Shown here piece after piece: positions 56,674 through 64,000 of a DNA stretch of 64,000 nucleotides; position 1 is the stretch's first letter; each line of letters begins with the position of its first letter. The stretch is from NCBI GenBank assembly GCA_964247055.1, contig OZ176052.1:9424001-9488000 (forward strand), given 5' to 3'. A program made the translations under genes and the position numbers. The stretch is from Paragordius varius (Eukaryota; Animalia; Nematomorpha). Below the pieces are notes generated by a model. That model ran no database searches, was not told the origin of the DNA, and was given only the letters and a program-made list of their open reading frames with translations.

Positions 56674-59573
56674 ATGGTTAAGGATGATCATAACAATGTG
56701 TTGATTGAAGAAAATGCACTTGTTTGCGAAGAAGGAAATTATGTCGGATCAATAAAAATTGGTAAAAAAATTGTTAATTATAAGGTTCCAAAACATTATG
56801 CCACCCTAAATGTAACATTTTGGCAAATAAGAATAGTATTTTGTTTGGAGAGTACAATATAATCGAGGAATTTTGTACCATCGAAAATAAGTATAATTTT
56901 TTAAATATTAGTTTGGAATTTCCATTGATAATTGGATCGAATAATACCTTTCAAGTTGGATCAAGTTTTATATGAGTTAATTTAAAGTTATTAAAGCAAG
57001 CAAGATTGGTTCGTTTAACTTGTTCGAATATGGATGTATATTTATTATTATATAAAAAAATTAGCACGTTTATTTATTTTCTTATGAAATATTTTATCAG
57101 TCGTTAACTTATAAATTATTTTAATTCACTTTGAAAAGGGATTGGTAACCGGCTCAAAAAAAGTGGAACCGGAACCGGGTCGGCTGAACAAGTGGAACCG
57201 GAACCGCGTTGGTTCTTAAGAATTTAAACATAGAACCAGGCGGTTCCTAAAATGTTGCAACCGGAACCGGGGTGTTTCCTGAACAAATGGAACTAGAACT
57301 GCGTTGGTTCCTTAAAAATTTAGCGGTTCCGGAACCGTTCCTTTACATTTAGAACCGGTTCCATTTTCGGTTCCTAACTTTTGATTAAATAATACTCTTA
57401 CAAAATTATTATTATAATAATACAATCAAAATATTAACAATTATAAATCAAACAATTTATTATAAATTGCCAAATATTGAAAAAATTATAATGTAGTATA
57501 ATAAATGAAACAAATTAAAAAAGTATAATAGGAAAATGTATAACAAAGGTATAAAATGAGAGTTAAATTAAGTATGGCATCTAAATAAAATTTTATTTAA
57601 CTTTAAAAAATTATTGTACCAAGCAATTCGCTGGTCAAACTGCTTCTCAGGTCTAAAAATAAATTAAGGGTTAAAAAACTCCTTTCAACAGAGATCTATA
57701 AACACTAACATGTGTATTACAAAAAACTTGAGTTTGTGACTATTAGTTTTTTTAGAACAGCCGAATCACCCATAATTCAGAGAGCATCGCTAATATAATA
57801 TTAGGCTTAGTTTTAGGTTTAAAGTTGAAGTATGTAATATGTAGTGGTACAATCAAATTTAATAAAATAAAATTTTTATTATAAAAATCATATGGGAACC
57901 AGTAATTAAGGGGGGTTAACCAGACCGAGTTGGTTCCTAAAAACTTATAGATAGAACCGGGGTGGTTCCGGAGAAGTGGAACCGTAACCGCGTTGGTTCC
58001 ATCCCAATAGAACCGGTTTTTGTTAACATCCCAGAAACCGGGTTCCGGTGCCAAGTCCTGGTACAAAGCAATTCTTGAGATATTTTTCCTAAATTTTATT
58101 TGGCTAACATTTACTCCAAAGCTTAATACCTTCAAATTATATTAATTAAAATCGTCATATTTCCAAAATCATATTGTTGCCAAACGTTTTTACACTTAAC
58201 TAGTTAAATATAATTTTATACTTAGAATTTGCTTGTTTTATATAGGTATTGTGGATGAAGGAATCGCTATTGGCAACAATTGTGTCATTGGAGCAAAATG
58301 CCATATAAAATACTCTGAGTTACCAGAGGTGTTTGATAAAACCATTGTTTACGGGAATCCCCCGCGTATTCGTAGTATAACAGATGATATTCAGGTAACT
58401 ATAGTGTTATGCGCAAGAAATTTTATTTACTTTAAATAAAATAATTATATGTTGGCTCTAAATTATTTTGGATAACGTTTCCTATTTCGGTGTTTTTTTG
58501 CTTTTAACATAATTTATAATAAATATAAACTTTTAAAAGAAAATATTTATCAGCGAATTTGTTTATTTACATGGAAATTTTAAGGGTACATTACGTCGGG
58601 AATCTCCAAGTTTTAACTTTACCTACGTATTTTTACCCCAAAAGTGACTTTGAATTAATTGGCGTTCAAATAGAAACGAGATGATGTTGTATTTAGTAAA
58701 TATATTTTTTACACTTCCTTTAAAGTAGCATTTTTGTTACATTAATTAAATGATTGACTTGCATCAGAATGAAGGCTTTTTTTAAATTACATTTTATTCT
58801 GTATCGAAACATCCATATGGATTGATATATGCCGAATGACATTATACTATTAATTGTCTTTTGTTGTTCAACTGCGAAGGTATTCAAGAATAATTTATCA
58901 GAACAAGGTTGGAACTATCGAAAAAACCAAAAAATATGATAACTATTGGTCAATTTCTCTGTTGATAAACCCTACCATAAATCTACTAAATCCAATCACA
59001 TCTTTTATCAGAACGAATATAGTCTGGTACTTTGGCTACATAGATAGATCTAGTACAGGCTCATCTGCTATAGAAATTTGCGATTTCCTGCTACCAACCA
59101 TCCCAAATCTTCGAACAAGAGTTCAGAATCATACACATACCACGAAATGCAACAAATAGAGATCCATATCGTTCCATGAAATCTTATATGGGCCAAATTA
59201 ATAATACCTATATTTGAACTCCAAAATCAGAAACCACGCAAAATTTGGAATTTATATGACCTAGAAAACTATTGAAAATATTTATTAAGATTTATGTTAA
59301 CAGCCAGGAAAAATAAGATGATGAATATATATTTTAGAAAAGTTTAAATTATGGATTTTTAGTGCTAATTGTTGTACGGCTTTAAACAAATATTCGTAAT
59401 ATAGTTTTTAATATTTCTTATTTCAATTTTTCATTAATATTTTTTAGCCACAAATTTTGCAAAATGACATGCTATTTCATTTGTTACCCAAGTATCACAA
59501 TATCCTTCCTGTTAACACCTTGAAAGGCGAAACAATGGACAACAATAATCCTGTTACTGTAGCCAACCCTTAA
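56674..59573 (+). CDS. DCTN6: Dynactin subunit 6 (p27), ~189 aa
   Basis: Exons 56674-56761, 56785-56890, 56912-56964, 56988-57035, 58246-58394, 59448-59573 (570 nt). Left-handed beta-helix hexapeptide repeats: ALVCEE..G.IKIG|SKTLCHPK..EYNIIEE..PLIIGSNNTFQVG..KIGSFN..CVIGAKC..TIVYG; C-terminus PQILQNDMLFHLLPKYH. Confidence 0.9.
56762..56987 (+). other. Micro-introns 1-3 of DCTN6 (23, 21, 23 nt)
   Basis: 56762-56784 gtaaaaaaattgttaattataag; 56891-56911 gtataattttttaaatattag (in frame and stopless, so ambiguous); 56965-56987 gttttatatgagttaatttaaag. Two use AAG acceptors. Confidence 0.85.
57136..58060. mobile_element. Inverted copy of the GGAACCGG hAT-type MITE
   Basis: Right end CCGGTGCCAAGTCCTG; shared internal blocks such as TTAAGTATGGCATCTAAAT and GGTCAAACTGCTTCTC. 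Confidence 0.7.
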
Positions 59574-59656
59574 TGTGTTACTAAAATAAATGTTTAAAAA
59601 TTTATTTGGATGAATATTTTTTCAATTTAACATATCTTAGTAAAGCGTTTGCTCAT

Positions 59657-61911
59657 CTAGCGACATCCACATCGTGAAGCTGACATATTGGGTAAATGTT
59701 TTAAGACAATGTTTGAATCCTCAATGTATAAAACGCTTAGGGGATGGTATTCAATGGGTACACAGTGAGCATGTGGAAGTAGGGATTGTTGAGGGTTTGC
59801 CAATAAGGAGCCGGTTAAATTTGGGTTACTCATTGCAATGTTCCACAAGTCCTTGATAAATGCATGCATAGAACTATTATAGCTATCTTCAAGTAAGGGG
59901 GAACTGCACACACCTAAATTTGAGCAGATGTTGAATTAATCTAATTGTTATTATACCTATTTATCCCAAATTAAACTCCTATATTTTAACAATATCTTTT
60001 CCGAAGTAAACTGTTTAATACGTAAAAGATTGGATTATATAAATCTGAGTATTAATAATTTTAGTAATCTTTTTTTTTTATAAAATTTAGTGTATATATT
60101 TGATATATGTATTTTTAATCAAAAATATGGAGGAGAAAAAGGAACGATATAGCAAAATGTATAAATTCGTAAAAAGTTAATTTTAAATAAAAACTTTTGC
60201 ACTAGACTATCTTCCCTGTATTTTAATATAAAGATAAACAAGGCCTAATTTGTGCGCCGCATGCTGGACAATAATTTTTAGACAAATAAATATGGAGGAG
60301 AATTTTGGTTTTTATCAGAAATTATAGGAGTGCAATGATTAGCAAAATTTTAACATTTGTATGTATTTTTTGCATTAATTTTCCAAATTTTTACTAGATT
60401 ATTTTCAATTAGATCAGTTGTGGAAAGAAAACAAAAACCATAATCCCTTTTCAACCGTCATTAGAGCTGGTTAGCATTTTATAAAAATTAGGCCTGTAAT
60501 TAAAAATAAAACAAAATCACGATACCACAAACTAATGTATCTGAAACGGAAACTATCATCTATTTGGTCTATAAGCATTGTTAACAAACTTATAGAACAA
60601 TCAGATGCAAAAAAATATTTTGAAACCGGAAATTATACCCTTATCATATCTAACAATTATAAGAATTTATGAAACCCCTTTAAATTCCGGATAATTTTTG
60701 CTTCTAATGGCAAGGATAACGAACAAACTATTTTTTCTATTATGGTATTATGATGGGGATAGGGGTAAATAAAACTTTCGTATGAGTTTATAATATATAC
60801 CATATAATATGAGAAATTAATATATATTTTTTGATAAATTTCAAAAAGAAGTACACTTAAAAGACAGTTGAGAACATAGGTATATCCGGTCATCACGAAA
60901 GGTTTCAAAATAAGTTTCGAAAGTAAAATATGAATTGTTTGATTAAATATAACAAACAGTTTTTTAAACTGAATATCAGCCGGACGCTTGTAAATGGCTA
61001 ACTATATTCTATGTATTAACCTGAACAAAAATTAATGTAATATCCTTCTGGTTTAATAAACCATTCCACCCACCCCAAGTCGGAAAAATTAATATACCAA
61101 TTATACAATTGACATTGATCATTTTGATGTGTATCTATATCTCGTGTGTTTCGTACCAGCTTAACTTTATCCCTTCTAGCTATTTAATTCACATAAAAAT
61201 GTACCTTTGCGATTTCACAAGATTATTATATGTGGTTAATCTTGGACCAAATTTGGAGGTTAAATTGAAATTTATTGTATTAGTCCCATTTATATTGAAA
61301 GAATACTCCAAAATGTATTTAGAGGTAATATTTATAGATGGATATTTGGTTATAGGTATTGCGGTATATTCGGGTAATATGAGGTGATTAAAACAATTTT
61401 GCAACAGCACAGTACTGTTCTGTAAAAAGCTGTAGCAAAGAAATATATTTTGACTCTTTTTATCTGAATGAGAAGAATAAATTAATAACTCATGTTTCTC
61501 AAAATTATTTGAACTGATTGTGATGTTAAACCAAATCTTTTGCCAATTATTTCCACCTATTACACCATTTACATATATTATAAAACCTGAAATGTGAGAT
61601 GGTTTGATAGATAAAATCGAATCAAATTGGTACATATATTTGGTATCTGGTGATAAAAATATATTAGTTTCGATAATTTTAGCCAACCATGATGAAGAAT
61701 TTTTATCAAGGAACGAAATGTAATTCTTAGCTTGTAAAATTTTGTTAAAATTATCCAGGGTATTTATCTCATATAAAACAAGCATGTATGGTGGGATATT
61801 TTCACGGTCATGAACATCAATACGATCAGGATTTAAATGGGGCATGAGATAGGGTGAATATGCGCTCATAAAATATGAATTTAAGCACAAATAAAAAAAT
61901 GATTTTAGCAT
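59657..61911 (-). CDS. TGF-beta superfamily ligand, divergent BMP/Dpp-like (~372 aa)
   Basis: Exons 61911-61205, 61175-61021, 59913-59657. Signal peptide, prodomain motif IPPYMLVLY (compare BMP2 PPYMLDLY), furin site RNTR, and mature domain CQLYNWYINFSDLGWVEWFIKPEGYYINFCSGVC...HCVP..LSVLY..VLKHLPNM..SRCGCR. Confidence 0.9.
61176..61204 (-). other. 29-nt micro-intron in the BMP-like gene
   Basis: gtacatttttatgtgaattaaatagctag. Only the distal AG gives the frame leading to RNTR and the mature domain; the unspliced ORF stops at 61189. Confidence 0.82.
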
Positions 61912-62786
61912 CTATATAGAAAAATAGAACACCGTTCCATATTATTGGATATGTATTAGTTTTTGTCGTTTTTAGTACATACAAAAAAAACTTATTTATT
62001 TTACCGAAAATCACCTGTTTTTTATACTATACGGACGATACTACGTGTGTGTAATCTTACGCAATATCTCTCCATTTTATTATTCTAATTTATGATACTA
62101 GTATAATTTGGTTAAACATTTAATAAGTTACAGATAAATATATTATATAATATAGGTTAATTTATTTTCTTGAGAAATCCATATAAGTATGTATAGATAT
62201 ATATATATATGTATATTAAATATATTTAGATCCATTTTAATAATATATTTAAAAGTGTATTTGTGTCCAAAACATGTAGTATAGTATTAACAATTCCGAC
62301 TTGCATAATATATATATAATGATATATATTTTGTGTATCAATACATGAATGATTTATTTATGTACACTTTTTGAAAAAAAATCCCAATCCAGTCATAGTT
62401 AGTTAATGACAATCTCAAATTATCATGGTAATTTATTTTATAATCAAAATTTGTTTGTTTCAAAAAAAGTTTTGTATGTAAGAACATGTATATGGACACT
62501 TGAAAATTAAATTTATATAGAAATATTATTACATAAATAGTGACACAAAGATACAAACAGCAATAAATTTTACAAAGATACAATTAGTTATTGGTTATTT
62601 AATAAATGGATTTGTTGATAATGTTTGCCATCCCATGAGTTTTCGCGAAAGTGTCGTTATCTAATTAAATATAAATAGATGAATGACAAACACCGTTACA
62701 AAATTTTAAAAATCATTACTCGTTAGCTCAATTAAAAATGTTATTAAAATTCAAAAATAAATTAATTACCATATTGTTCACGCCAT

Positions 62787-64000
62787 TCATTGTCGTATTT
62801 GTGTTGAATTGCTGGATGAAATTGTTTGAAGCGGATAATTGTTTTGAGGACATGGCAGAGATGTACGGTATAAGTTTGTGCCAAAATTTAATTTGGATGA
62901 TGTAGGTGAGAGCATGTTTGTACTACCGCCCGTATAATTCATAAGATTATTGTAATAAGATGAATCTGTATGGAATTGAAAATTATTTTGCCCCGAAACA
63001 TGATAAGGATAAGAGTGTGATGTTGCAGGCCCCAGAGGGGTTTGTGAAGATACCAGTTGTTTAGAAGTTAAGGGGGAATTGCTATTAATAGTAGCATACG
63101 TTTTATGCTGATTATGGTTCGGTTGTAAGATGGTATTATTGTTGCTCCCAACAGTAGTGGTGTTATTATTACTACTGCCAATACAAATACTACCATCAAA
63201 TGAACGTCGTAATGAAGGGTTAGGGTTATGATTATTAGAATTGGATAATGGATGATATGAGGCACCTCCACCATTGTATAAAACAGCAGCGTTTTCAGGA
63301 GCCATACTCGAGTGAAACGCGTGATAATTTGTCAAATTATTCCCAACACCGCCAGCATAGAAGAGAGATGAATACGGGTAAGGAGTTCGAAATTGCATGG
63401 GCACAACAGGAGGATTACTGTTCGATGAGGATCGGCTTCGAGCCTTTACGACACCCGGATTTGTTTCATCCAGATCCAAGATATTGTGATTATATGCAGC
63501 ATGATTTGTGTTATTGTTGGGGTACGGGTTATTGAAACCTGTGGAGGAAAGATTGATGCCATCACCATTGTTGTTAGTACTACCAATGTGTTGTTTGTAT
63601 GCCGCGGCGGCAGCCATTGCGAATGCATTTGGTCCAACCATCATTGGGTGATACGGGGATGCCCGAGGAAAGCTCGTAGGATTCATCAACAAACTTTGAT
63701 TGTGATACGACGGTAGAGGGAGGGAGTAATGTTGTTTCGTACTCAATGTATTATTGGTACTATTGCTGTTATAAGTATGATTAGTACTAATGAAATTATT
63801 GTTGGTTAGTAGGGATGGATTGATAGTTTGTGAAGTAGAAGAATGGTAATATGGTATATGGTGCGTACTAGAACTCCTGCTACCCATAAGGTTGTGGTTG
63901 TTGGTTGAATCATAAGCGGCCATAACAGCCGATAACCAAGAAGATGTAATGACATTGGCGTTATTATTATTATTACTATGGCTAGGAGCAGGGTTATTCA
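62787..64000 (-). CDS. 3' coding segment of an Asn/His/Ser-rich low-complexity protein entering from the right edge
   Basis: The frame is open from the window edge through 63923 to TGA at 62789-62787 (>400 codons). Poly-Asn, His and poly-Ala tracts resemble transcription-factor tails, but no folded domain is visible in the window. Confidence 0.7.
   Translation of the reverse strand, partial: NNPAPSHSNNNNNANVITSSWLSAVMAAYDSTNNHNLMGSRSSSTHHIPYYHSSTSQTINPSLLTNNNFISTNHTYNSNSTNNTLSTKQHYSLPLPSYHNQSLLMNPTSFPRASPYHPMMVGPNAFAMAAAAAYKQHIGSTNNNGDGINLSSTGFNNPYPNNNTNHAAYNHNILDLDETNPGVVKARSRSSSNSNPPVVPMQFRTPYPYSSLFYAGGVGNNLTNYHAFHSSMAPENAAVLYNGGGASYHPLSNSNNHNPNPSLRRSFDGSICIGSSNNNTTTVGSNNNTILQPNHNQHKTYATINSNSPLTSKQLVSSQTPLGPATSHSYPYHVSGQNNFQFHTDSSYYNNLMNYTGGSTNMLSPTSSKLNFGTNLYRTSLPCPQNNYPLQTISSSNSTQIRQ

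Noticed and set aside
57752-58135. 127-aa minus-strand ORF, and ORFs 35383-35610, 35912-36097, 36019-36258
   Set aside because: They lie in or overlap the GGAACC MITE copies and show no transposase or other domain motifs.
60245-60270. GC-rich GTGCGCCGCATG in BMP intron 2 as a Smad autoregulatory site
   Set aside because: A single short match with no supporting context.
62650-62830. Alternative frame HKYDNEWREQY with a downstream GT..AG after the Asn-rich ORF stop
   Set aside because: No junction links it to the main frame; it is more likely a 3'UTR intron or chance.

Overview
Very AT-rich, intron-containing animal genomic DNA using the standard code; the species cannot be identified from the sequence. 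Nine protein-coding genes can be reconstructed by hand: a MANSC-domain gene (5' part, minus), MCM5 (+), a C2H2 zinc-finger gene (+), EAF (-), a neurolysin/thimet oligopeptidase M3 peptidase (-), STK11/LKB1 (-), DCTN6 (+), a divergent BMP-type TGF-beta ligand (-) and the 3' part of an Asn/His-rich gene (-). About 22 kb between MCM5 and the zinc-finger gene has no recognisable host gene and carries transposon debris (hAT, mariner, a tRNA-derived SINE and several MITE families); a non-autonomous Helitron sits in an MCM5 intron. The main result is a class of 15 ultra-short GT-AG introns (21-30 nt) in seven genes. Thirteen of them are required to restore conserved protein sequence. They sit almost entirely in the first ~700 nt after the start codon, while later introns of the same genes are mostly 64-1574 nt and often carry transposons. 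Gene ends are also compressed: two head-to-head pairs have only 67 and 83 nt between start codons, and two tail-to-tail pairs have interdigitated AATAAA signals. All splice models are manual inferences that need transcript confirmation.
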